Of a stretch of DNA of 33,901 nt, positions 24,467 through 32,678 are shown piece after piece. Under the pieces are notes generated by a model. That model saw only the letters and a program-made list of their open reading frames with translations, was not told the DNA's origin and searched no databases. Position numbers and translations under genes: made by a program. Origin of the DNA: a virus (taxonomy: Duplodnaviria; Caudoviricetes); IMG/VR virus record IMGVR_UViG_3300020043_005745, positions 1 through 33,901 of that record, one strand, 5' to 3'. Numbering within the stretch: the first letter of the stretch is position 1; the number at the start of each line of letters is the position of its first letter.

Positions 24467-26112
24467 CCATTCATTTTTCGCTTCTCATAGATAGCTTTGC
24501 CTTTTTCGTAAAACTCCGGCTTGTTGTGGTTCTTTATTAGATCATCCGGCTTGCCACCTATAAATAAAGGATTTTCGTGTTTGAATACAATATCTTTGGC
24601 CTCAATCACAACTCCTTCGGCATAAGCCCTTTCTGTAAATTCGTTGTCGGAATAGATGCCATCGCTCTCTTGGTACTCTGGGGCAAACATAAACCCGCCC
24701 TGCTGTTCCAGCCTCTTTTGCGTTAAAATGGCCATGCAGAGCAGTTTGTCGGTTCTAAGCCCATCAGATATTGCCAGCACTTTGGCTTCGTTTGTAGCCC
24801 CAATGGCGTTCGAAATTAGGGCATCCCAATGTCTAGGCGGACTCCAATCATCGCTCATTTGAATTAAAATATCGCCCTTGGCCTGTTTTGCCCCATGGTT
24901 CCAAGCGTTCACGATCCCGCCGGGGTTGCATCGGATGGCTTGGTGTGGGGTGTAGTCTTGGGGGTCATCGTGATCCACAACAAAAATCCATTCCACCTCC
25001 AAGGGCTTTTCTGCCATGCAAAGCCACTGCCACCTTCTTTGCCAAGCAATCTGCGGCCTTCCCCTTGTTGCGTGAATGATTGAGATTTTTGGGGATGGTC
25101 TGCCCTTTTTCATCTTTTGAGCCTCGCCCAATTCATTGACCGAAATGCTGGCCGTCTCATACAAATCCATCGCCTGCCATTGATAGATTGCCTCGTTGAG
25201 ATTCCAATAGTGCGCCTTGGGTCTTGGCAGGGTCATGCAGGAACGCATCGCCCCATAACACTTCAACCACTTCCCCTTGCTTGCGTATTCTTGGCCGACC
25301 CAGAAATAAGCCTCTCTGCGATCCGGCTGAAGGGTGATTGCCTCGCCAAGCCATTTAAGCCTTTCAGATTCCGGCCCACATCGCCCGATATTACAAAGCA
25401 CATCATATCTGAGCGTATCCTCTAGGCTTTCAAAAATTAGGGCTTTTTTGCTTGTCTCATAACATTCCTTGTATTTGCCCGAAAGGAATTGTTCCTGGGC
25501 TTTATAGTAAAGGGCGTTTGGGGCTGGCTCGATAACGTCCTCTAGGATTCTAAAGTTGCGCTCTGCCGAGGTCGCCTTGTAACCATGGGGCTTGTGGATG
25601 CGGACAATCTTATCAACCCCAACCAGCTTATTTGGCTCATGGGCGACCAAAGTTTCGTGAACTCGGCTCCTCCATCTACCCCTACCCTTTCTTAAGGCCA
25701 TCTCCCGAAGGGGATTAAGCTGGGCGTTTTCCACCCAATATCTAAACGCAATTAAATCTGCCCCTTGTTTATTGGCTTGGTCAATCGCCCCATCCACAAT
25801 CTCCGGCGCATCCTTCGCCATCTCATCATCAGCATCCACCCAGAAAGACCAATCGCAAGAGCAGGCATCCAAGGCCGTATTCCTTGCCGTTGCAAAATCG
25901 TCTATGTGAGGCCAATCAGTTTTTTGATTATGATAATAAACGACTTTAGCCCCAAGGCTTTTGGCAATCTCCTCGGTTTTGTCGGGTTCTTTGCTTCCCC
26001 TTGCGATACATACAACTGTTTCAGCGGCAAGCGGGGCAAAGGAACGAATACATCTTTCAATATACGCCTCTTCATTTCCGGCGATCAAATAAACAGAGAC
26101 CTTATTTTTCAT
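24457..26112 (-). CDS. GT2-TPR-GT2 double glycosyltransferase
   Basis: N-terminal GT2 (IAGNEEAYI..C; DFATARN; WVDADD; VHE), TPR-like helices (ALYYKAQE; PDRREAY), and a second GT-A domain (ISIIHATRGR; MSDD; YSDNEFT; FKH). Confidence 0.88.
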   Translation of the reverse strand: MKNKVSVYLIAGNEEAYIERCIRSFAPLAAETVVCIARGSKEPDKTEEIAKSLGAKVVYYHNQKTDWPHIDDFATARNTALDACSCDWSFWVDADDEMAKDAPEIVDGAIDQANKQGADLIAFRYWVENAQLNPLREMALRKGRGRWRSRVHETLVAHEPNKLVGVDKIVRIHKPHGYKATSAERNFRILEDVIEPAPNALYYKAQEQFLSGKYKECYETSKKALIFESLEDTLRYDVLCNIGRCGPESERLKWLGEAITLQPDRREAYFWVGQEYASKGKWLKCYGAMRSCMTLPRPKAHYWNLNEAIYQWQAMDLYETASISVNELGEAQKMKKGRPSPKISIIHATRGRPQIAWQRRWQWLCMAEKPLEVEWIFVVDHDDPQDYTPHQAIRCNPGGIVNAWNHGAKQAKGDILIQMSDDWSPPRHWDALISNAIGATNEAKVLAISDGLRTDKLLCMAILTQKRLEQQGGFMFAPEYQESDGIYSDNEFTERAYAEGVVIEAKDIVFKHENPLFIGGKPDDLIKNHNKPEFYEKGKAIYEKRKMNGWK

Positions 26113-26151
26113 TTTAGGATTTCAAGATAAAGGATTTCTAGATGCTATGTG

Positions 26152-26277
26152 TCAATTCTTTTCCCAATGTTCCCAAGCTCCCATGGTTGGGGTTTCTGGG
26201 TATTTTGTTTCCGGCAACTCCTCAATGATCGGCTTTTGGCAACCAGAAAGAATCAATGCCAAGATAAGCCATTTCAT
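26152..26277 (-). CDS. small lipoprotein (41 aa)
   Basis: MKWLILALILSGC is a clear lipobox. ATGA overlap with the upstream gene. Confidence 0.7.
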   Translation of the reverse strand: MKWLILALILSGCQKPIIEELPETKYPETPTMGAWEHWEKN

Positions 26278-26885
26278 GCTGAATAGACTACTGCTGAAAC
26301 TGATGGGGCTGGCGAGGAGCCATTGAAAACAGACCAAGTTATCCTATCGTTAGACAAATAAACATTGTCACCAGCAGTGTCGTCATATAGTCCCCATTCA
26401 TTGTATCCATTCCCAAAGTCACCATAAGATATTTGGTTGGCTCCACTTTCATAAACAGGCTCTCCGTTAATAACATTGATTCCATCCCATGTATAGGTTC
26501 CGTCTGAAGAAGTTGTGCCAGCATCAGATAAAGTAATGCTCTGAATCTCTGAATCTTGTGCATAGGAAAAAGCGGAGGAGGGGACTGGCGATAATCCTGC
26601 AAGAATATCCCATGCAATTAAGTTTTCGCTTGTATATGTATCATCACCTCCCGATGAATCGTATAAATACCAAAGTCCATCAACAAATGCAATTTGATTG
26701 TCTGCTGGGCCGGAATATACATTTTCCCCATTAAATGTTGTAGTTCCATCCCAAGCATATTCCCCATTAGATGAAGTCGCGCCAGCACCGAAGATGGCGA
26801 CTTTCCAGATGACTTGCTCGGCTTGAGCGGAAACAAGGTTTCTTTGGTTGCTACCAGCAACCGAAATTCCATAGCCAATCCTCAT
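26274..26885 (-). CDS. putative capsid-associated protein with two tandem ~85-aa domains
   Basis: 'AGATSSNGEYAWDG...NGENVY...NQI...W.LYD..G.D..Y.S...I.W....G.SP.PS' occurs twice. Acidic. Confidence 0.65.
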   Translation of the reverse strand: MRIGYGISVAGSNQRNLVSAQAEQVIWKVAIFGAGATSSNGEYAWDGTTTFNGENVYSGPADNQIAFVDGLWYLYDSSGGDDTYTSENLIAWDILAGLSPVPSSAFSYAQDSEIQSITLSDAGTTSSDGTYTWDGINVINGEPVYESGANQISYGDFGNGYNEWGLYDDTAGDNVYLSNDRITWSVFNGSSPAPSVSAVVYSA

Positions 26886-26907
26886 AAGGATTTCTCCTTA
26901 CTTGGCT

Positions 26908-27195
26908 TTAGTCGCCAATGGCTAAAACAACGCCGGAATGAAGGGTGAAGCCTTGCAAGTCTCCGGCAAGATAGAGGCCAGTTGAGCAAGTGATGGCATT
27001 GGCCGCAGTCACGCTGGCAAGATCGCTAAAACCCGTGACGGTGCTGGTGATGCTAGAAAATTTGGCTTCAGAGACAACATAAAGCCCAGCGAACTCGCCA
27101 GTAACAGCCGCCGTGGCAGTTACATAGCGGGTTCCAGGGGTGGCGGCTTGTGAAATCTGATCGTAATAAGGTTCGGATTGGGTAAGATTTGCCAT
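26908..27195 (-). CDS. putative virion protein
   Basis: 95-aa beta-rich protein directly after the capsid gene, with a strong SD. Confidence 0.65.
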   Translation of the reverse strand: MANLTQSEPYYDQISQAATPGTRYVTATAAVTGEFAGLYVVSEAKFSSITSTVTGFSDLASVTAANAITCSTGLYLAGDLQGFTLHSGVVLAIGD

Positions 27196-27219
27196 GGTGA
27201 TTTTCTCCTTATGTCAATT

Positions 27220-27261
27220 AAAAGAAGAAGGGGCTAGAGTTTTTTAGGCTCTAGCCCCCTC
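27220..27261 (-). terminator. Rho-independent terminator after the capsid gene
   Basis: GGGGCTAGAG/CTCTAGCCCC stem followed by TTCTTCTTTT on the minus strand. Confidence 0.85.
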
Positions 27262-27282
27262 AAGGAACACACAAACCAATCT

Positions 27283-28251
27283 TTAGCTGGCCGAGTAGTC
27301 GGTGGTGATACGAACCGCCGCATTGGGGTCGATCACAACTTCGTCCGTGTTCATGCGAACGCGCAGAACATTGGAACGGCGAGCTTCATCACGATAGCTC
27401 TCAGAGACGAACCCAGCCGCATCAGCCGCCCAAACCAAGGTGCGACCGATACCACCAGCGGTGAACTCACCGCCAGCGATCTGACCCACGATGATCTTGC
27501 TGTCCGGCACAACGAATCCGCCGGAGTAGGCTTTGCCCTTGTTGGCGGAGTTGATGGCCGCACGGCCCACGGCGAGGGTCTGAACACCCAGAGCCGCCGC
27601 AATCTCGGCCTCGGAGAGCAAACGCGCCCCGGTGTTGGAAATCACACCGAAGAACTGGTTTTGCAGGAGGGTGGAACGGCGGATCAACTCAAACACATTG
27701 GCGGACATCGCCACGCAATTCGGCTCATAGCCGAGCTTGTTGAGGGCGAGTTTGGCGGCGGCCACATCACGGGCAACATCAATGGTGGCGATGTTGGTAT
27801 TCGTGTAGGCAACGGCGCGAGTCTGGTCAGCCGTAGTGAAGGGGGTGGAAGCCGCCCAGAGGAGGTCGGCAACACGCTTTTCGTGGCCGAGCTTCAACTG
27901 GCGGAGGAGGAAGCGAGCAGTTTCGCTTTCCACCGAAAAAAACCTGTTGAGATCCTCGACGCTACTGTCGTCGAGTAGCTCCTCAAGGCCGAACTCTTCG
28001 GTTGCGTAGTTGGCCGAGGTGAAGGAACGAATGCCCCTCTGGTACTCGGAACCCTGCGAACGCTTGCTCGAGTTGTTTGAAAGGAGTTCAGCACCGCCCA
28101 ATTCAACTTTGAGATAGGTTCCGGCCTTGGCCTGAACATTCTGCAAGGGCAGAAGGGTCGCGCCGATCAGTCCGACATCGGCCTGAGGGGCTTCGATAAG
28201 GGCTTGATTGATGTCAGCCCGGATAGTGGTTCCACCAGCGATATAGCTCAT
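27283..28251 (-). CDS. major capsid protein
   Basis: 322 aa after the protease and decoration genes, with GC3-biased codons and a downstream terminator. 'LKLGHEKRVADLL' spine helix and 'PNCVAMS..VF'. Confidence 0.88.
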   Translation of the reverse strand: MSYIAGGTTIRADINQALIEAPQADVGLIGATLLPLQNVQAKAGTYLKVELGGAELLSNNSSKRSQGSEYQRGIRSFTSANYATEEFGLEELLDDSSVEDLNRFFSVESETARFLLRQLKLGHEKRVADLLWAASTPFTTADQTRAVAYTNTNIATIDVARDVAAAKLALNKLGYEPNCVAMSANVFELIRRSTLLQNQFFGVISNTGARLLSEAEIAAALGVQTLAVGRAAINSANKGKAYSGGFVVPDSKIIVGQIAGGEFTAGGIGRTLVWAADAAGFVSESYRDEARRSNVLRVRMNTDEVVIDPNAAVRITTDYSAS

Positions 28252-28282
28252 TTTCTATTTTCCTTTGTTATTGGTTAAATTT

Positions 28283-28648
28283 TTAGTCCACTTTCAGCGG
28301 AACAGCGATCTCGATGACCGCAAGATTCTCGGTGGCCGCTTCGAGAGCGATACCAGCCGAAATCGTGTTAGCCGCAAGGGTCGTCACAAGGCCGGAAGCG
28401 TCGAAGGAGAGCGAGTCCCCAACAGCGCAAGTGCCGGACACCGTGGCGAAGTAAGTCGGGTGGAAGAGCTTGACCGTGCCGGAATCACCAGCGGCCACAT
28501 CCTCCTGCGTGAAACCGATGGCGAGAGTCGCCCCGGTCACGGCGGCCTGTGCGCCGCCAGCGGTGGAAGTGGGCTGAACAGCCCGATAAGCACTAATCGC
28601 CGAAGCGAAAGTGAAGGTCTTGAAAAATCCGTCTACTTGAGTTCCCAT
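28283..28648 (-). CDS. head decoration/cement protein (DUF2190-like)
   Basis: Ala/Thr-rich 121 aa, 'AVGDSL..DASG.V...GIALEAA...VIEI'. Confidence 0.8.
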   Translation of the reverse strand: MGTQVDGFFKTFTFASAISAYRAVQPTSTAGGAQAAVTGATLAIGFTQEDVAAGDSGTVKLFHPTYFATVSGTCAVGDSLSFDASGLVTTLAANTISAGIALEAATENLAVIEIAVPLKVD

Positions 28649-28665
28649 TGTAGTTTGTCCTTTTG

Positions 28666-29073
28666 TTAGATGTTCTTAATACCACGGGCAAGAGCCTCGC
28701 GATATTCGTTGGGGTTTGAAAGCATGACAGCCTTCATGGCCGTCAGTTTGCTCTTGGCATACTCCGGGTGGGAGGCCACGAGTGCTTCAAAATTCTTCGG
28801 CTCTTCCTTTTTGGCGGGAGCCTCTTCGATGGCGGGGGAAGCCGGAACGGGTTTGATGCCGAACTCGGTAAGAACTTTCTTAACGACCGCGCTCATCTCC
28901 TCGGTTTCGTCCTCTTTTTCCTTCGGCTCAACCTCGACTTCAATCTTGGGAGCCTCGGCCATCTTCTCTTCTTTTTTCTCTTCGTCTTTGGGTTTCATGG
29001 ACTCTTCAAGGGCGGAGAGACGCACCTTGATGTCCTCGATGTCTTTTCCGTAATCAGCTTTGTTCTCTTGCAT
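28666..29073 (-). CDS. nested scaffolding protein (internal in-frame start, 135 aa)
   Basis: TTGACA-AAAAGGAAAATTCAACA-ATG in frame at codon 227, a layout like lambda C/Nu3. Confidence 0.65.
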   Translation of the reverse strand: MQENKADYGKDIEDIKVRLSALEESMKPKDEEKKEEKMAEAPKIEVEVEPKEKEDETEEMSAVVKKVLTEFGIKPVPASPAIEEAPAKKEEPKNFEALVASHPEYAKSKLTAMKAVMLSNPNEYREALARGIKNI

Positions 29074-29751
29074 TGTTGAATTTTCCTTTTTGTCAAGTTT
29101 GCCACCTTCCATAACTGCTTCGGGCAGATCAACTGGAATGGGCTTGCCTCCTGTCATATAACCAAATTTTTGCATAAACTTAACCATCTCCTCGAAAAGC
29201 CCGTTGGTTGCCGCAGGGCTGGAAACTAGGTCGGCGGAAGCGATAGATTGTGGGCGAATATAGTCTTTACCATCTATGGTTTCGGATTCGTTCACGAAAG
29301 CTAGGGAAACGCCGAACTGGTCGGGAGCCTCTGCGGCCATCTCTTTGATGAGGCCATAATGAGGGGAGTTGCGGAGCAAGCGGAGGTCGGCAATCAGCCT
29401 GTTTCCTTCGATTCTTGGGTTGCGAGCGAAGCCAACCACCGCATCCAATCCGCTTCCGTGGTTCATTTTAACCTTCACCCCATTACGCGCCCCCTTCATA
29501 ATATCTAGGGCTTTCTCTAGGCTTTTCTTGTCCACGAATAGGTCATGCCCCTTGGCCTCGCCTTCCTCTAGGATAGAGACTCCCGGCAACTCCAATTCTT
29601 CCATTTCCTCATCCTCATCGCGATAGGTGCTATAAGCAACTGCCGCCCTCTGTGTTTCATCGGGGAAATCGCTGATAGCTTGCTCGTTGCCCATAAAGCG
29701 ACTCACAAAGTCTTGCTCCGATTCGTCTCCTCTGGGGGTGGGTAGGGGCAT
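28666..29751 (-). CDS. prohead protease-scaffold fusion
   Basis: 'VKVKMNH...VG...FGVSL...SADLVSSPAATNGLF' protease-like domain followed by an acidic coiled-coil C-terminus. Confidence 0.8.
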   Translation of the reverse strand: MPLPTPRGDESEQDFVSRFMGNEQAISDFPDETQRAAVAYSTYRDEDEEMEELELPGVSILEEGEAKGHDLFVDKKSLEKALDIMKGARNGVKVKMNHGSGLDAVVGFARNPRIEGNRLIADLRLLRNSPHYGLIKEMAAEAPDQFGVSLAFVNESETIDGKDYIRPQSIASADLVSSPAATNGLFEEMVKFMQKFGYMTGGKPIPVDLPEAVMEGGKLDKKENSTMQENKADYGKDIEDIKVRLSALEESMKPKDEEKKEEKMAEAPKIEVEVEPKEKEDETEEMSAVVKKVLTEFGIKPVPASPAIEEAPAKKEEPKNFEALVASHPEYAKSKLTAMKAVMLSNPNEYREALARGIKNI

Positions 29752-29767
29752 AAGTTTTTTCTATATG

Positions 29768-32422
29768 TCAAAGAAGGTCGCCATCAGCCTTGCGGTAGGA
29801 TTCTTTGACCTCTCCCCCGCCAGCCATCTTGAGAAACTTGTTCACCCTAGCCATAGCCCAAGCGTTTCGGCTATTAGGTTTTCCGCCCGTGATGGTCGGC
29901 CTAAAGCTGGTTGAGAAAGCCCCTGCGCCCCTTCTAAATACCTTTTTCAATGTGCCAAGGCTAGGAGCGTTCTTTTGAGGGTGATCCTTTTTGAACTCGG
30001 CAATCTTGTCTTTTAATGCCTGTTCGTTGGCTTCTGAAATCTCAATATCCCCAGCCTTTGACCTAGTGGCCGCCGTGCCTTCGGGGTTCTCCTTGGAGCC
30101 TTTAATTCTTTCCTTGGGCGGGGCAGGGGTTTGTGCCGCTGACTTTGGGCCGGGGCGAGCGAGTTCGGAAAACTCCTCATCCCTTGAGTTCATTTGTCGA
30201 ACCACTTTTCTTGCCCACGCATAACCAGCATCGCCACCCCAGCCATTCCACGCTTGCCAGCCCTTCCCTTGCTCATCCCAAGTTGCGCCCTTTTTATCGA
30301 CTTCGTGGCGATCAAAAAAGGCTTTCATTCTGCGGACGGTATCGGGGGAGAGCTTTACGCCATTCATCAAATCCCTTGCCCTTGCGATGCCTACCGCCGT
30401 CATGCCCTTTTGGCTTGCGGGTTTTTTCTCCCTTACATCCAAAGCCCTCTTTGCGGCTTCTCTTGCTCCTTCTGGGGGAGTGAAATCAATCCCATCGTAC
30501 TTGCCCAACTCAATCCCGCCCATCATCCCGGCGATGAGCATTTTGAAATCTTCTTGAGTTAGCTTTTCAAAAACCTCTTTTTTTTTATCTTCTAGGCCAG
30601 TTGGCTCCGTAGGATTTGGCTTGGGTTCCGTAGTCTGTCCGCCGCCCGATTCCTCGCCACCTTCTCCATCTTGGGCTTGCGCTCGCTCCTCTTTTGTCGT
30701 GGGAACAATCTTTCCTTCTTGCACCCCGCCAATAATCGAAATGGCCTGTTCCCTTGAAATGGTTGGGAATGCCGCCGTTATGACCGAAACCGCCCCCTCC
30801 TTGGAAAGCGCACCAGCGGCCACGGCATTGATAACATTGATAAGGCTTGCGACCTGCGCTCCGTTGAGAGAGATATCGGAAACATTCTGATCGGGCGCGA
30901 TTGCTTGACCTTCCTCTGTGACTTGGCCTTCCTCGCCGTCTTGAGGTGCTGTTTTTTGTGTTGCAATATTGCCAAGGTTGAGAGAAATGTCGGAGATTGT
31001 TTCTGGCGCAACTTCATACTCGCCAGCCAAATCCTTAATCAGCTTGGCCTCGATTGCCCTCTGCCTCATCGCGCTTTCAAAGTCTTGCCCACGCTCGGCG
31101 TAAATATCTGCGGCGGTGCGAAGCCCGGTCTTAAACTCGGAGATTGCAGAGGCAGATTCCCGCCCTAAATCAATCGAAACATTAGCCCCGAAATTGAAGA
31201 TGCCTTTGGTCGTTCTTGTCCCCTCTATTCCGCTGATGAGGCCGCGAGCAACCGCATCGGCCAAAACAATGTTCTTAATAGGCCGAAGCACCTTATCATT
31301 CAAAAGATTCTGGTAGCGGCGGAAAGTGCGCCCCGCCTGTTGCATTTCTAGGCGAGCAGTCGGGCCGGACATCTGCGAAGGATCGACCGCAAAGGAATAT
31401 GGGATGCCAAGGCCAAGGCAGATATTACGAAGCAGAATCTTGTGGAACTCTGCAAAGGCTCCGCTGGGTCGGCTTGGGCCATTGGGGAAAATAATATCTT
31501 CTCCCGGCTCCAAATAGGAAATCTTGCCCGATTCGATTGTCTCTAGTTTGATTGCGTTCCCGCTTAAATCCTCATCATTGGAAAGAGTGGATAGGTCGGC
31601 GGCGTTGTTATTGTTTCGCTTAACGATTCCAGATTGCGAGCTTGCAACTTTCGCCGCCATCTTTTCATAATTGATGATGTCGTAAATGTCGGTTGCGTCA
31701 TTGATTGCAGTATGGAAAGCGGAAACCCCGCGATACTGGTCAATCCGTAGCGGGTCAAAAAGATGAAATGCTTGGCTTGAGGGAATCGTTAGTTGGTAGG
31801 TATAGAAGTCCCCGATACTCCGATTGTAAATATCGTAAGCCGTGGGTGCGCCAGTTGTGCGGTCAATATGGATTCCGCCGATTAGCTCTAGGCTGGTATA
31901 AACTTTGAAAGGATCGCCTAGTCTGTCGGCCTCGATGCCTTGAATCTTTAGGTTGCCATCGCCATCTCGAACTAGGACGAAAAGAAAATCGCCATCCCGC
32001 AACATGGACATAACCGCCACTTGCATGAGCGTTGATCCTGTGTGCCTTGTGGAGATGTCGCACTTGTCCCACCATTCCGCCCAATACGCCTCGACATCGG
32101 TATTGATTTGGGGATTCTGGGTTCGGGCTTGGTAGCTGATTGATCCTGCGACATGGCCAGCAAACTTGAGAAGAAGCGAGCGAACTAGGCCGACATTCTC
32201 GGCCAAGTCCCGCGCCCTTTTCATTAGCTCTACCCGATCATAATTCGAGCGATAGTCTTCCGCCCCGGATAGTGCGCTCGGCCCCTTGCGTTCCCTTGTG
32301 TATTTGACCGCATCATATTCAAACTTGGTCAGCTTTTGACGGGCAATCAGCCGATCAACTGCGCCTTGCGGATTGATAAAGGCGACTGCCTTATCAATCA
32401 GATTCATCTTGGCTTTTTTCAC
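29768..32422 (-). CDS. portal protein, lambda family, with long C-terminal extension
   Basis: 'RARDLAEN', 'RDGDFL', 'HLFDPLRIDQYRGVS' and 'LEPGE' portal core (~480 aa) plus about 400 extra aa. Confidence 0.92.
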   Translation of the reverse strand: MKKAKMNLIDKAVAFINPQGAVDRLIARQKLTKFEYDAVKYTRERKGPSALSGAEDYRSNYDRVELMKRARDLAENVGLVRSLLLKFAGHVAGSISYQARTQNPQINTDVEAYWAEWWDKCDISTRHTGSTLMQVAVMSMLRDGDFLFVLVRDGDGNLKIQGIEADRLGDPFKVYTSLELIGGIHIDRTTGAPTAYDIYNRSIGDFYTYQLTIPSSQAFHLFDPLRIDQYRGVSAFHTAINDATDIYDIINYEKMAAKVASSQSGIVKRNNNNAADLSTLSNDEDLSGNAIKLETIESGKISYLEPGEDIIFPNGPSRPSGAFAEFHKILLRNICLGLGIPYSFAVDPSQMSGPTARLEMQQAGRTFRRYQNLLNDKVLRPIKNIVLADAVARGLISGIEGTRTTKGIFNFGANVSIDLGRESASAISEFKTGLRTAADIYAERGQDFESAMRQRAIEAKLIKDLAGEYEVAPETISDISLNLGNIATQKTAPQDGEEGQVTEEGQAIAPDQNVSDISLNGAQVASLINVINAVAAGALSKEGAVSVITAAFPTISREQAISIIGGVQEGKIVPTTKEERAQAQDGEGGEESGGGQTTEPKPNPTEPTGLEDKKKEVFEKLTQEDFKMLIAGMMGGIELGKYDGIDFTPPEGAREAAKRALDVREKKPASQKGMTAVGIARARDLMNGVKLSPDTVRRMKAFFDRHEVDKKGATWDEQGKGWQAWNGWGGDAGYAWARKVVRQMNSRDEEFSELARPGPKSAAQTPAPPKERIKGSKENPEGTAATRSKAGDIEISEANEQALKDKIAEFKKDHPQKNAPSLGTLKKVFRRGAGAFSTSFRPTITGGKPNSRNAWAMARVNKFLKMAGGGEVKESYRKADGDLL

Positions 32423-32655
32423 GGGCCGAACTTGGCGTAGGTGGTAAGCACTCTGGAACCATCTGCCAGTTTGATTGCGTAAGTCAATTCCTCAATCGTG
32501 TCACGAACCTCGCCCAAATTGGCACGGCTAAACGATCTTCCCGCGATGGAATACGATGCCCCCGCTACCGCAATCGCTTCCAAGCACTCAAGATACTTTG
32601 TGCGGAGACTCGTTAGGGTAGCTACGGGCAAACCAACAAATGCACCCCTAGCCAT
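32419..32655 (-). CDS. head completion/adaptor protein (gpW-like)
   Basis: 78 aa between terminase and portal, with 'SYSIAGRSFSRANLGEV'. Confidence 0.75.
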   Translation of the reverse strand: MARGAFVGLPVATLTSLRTKYLECLEAIAVAGASYSIAGRSFSRANLGEVRDTIEELTYAIKLADGSRVLTTYAKFGP

Positions 32656-32678
32656 AAAATCACCTTTTGTGTCAAAGA

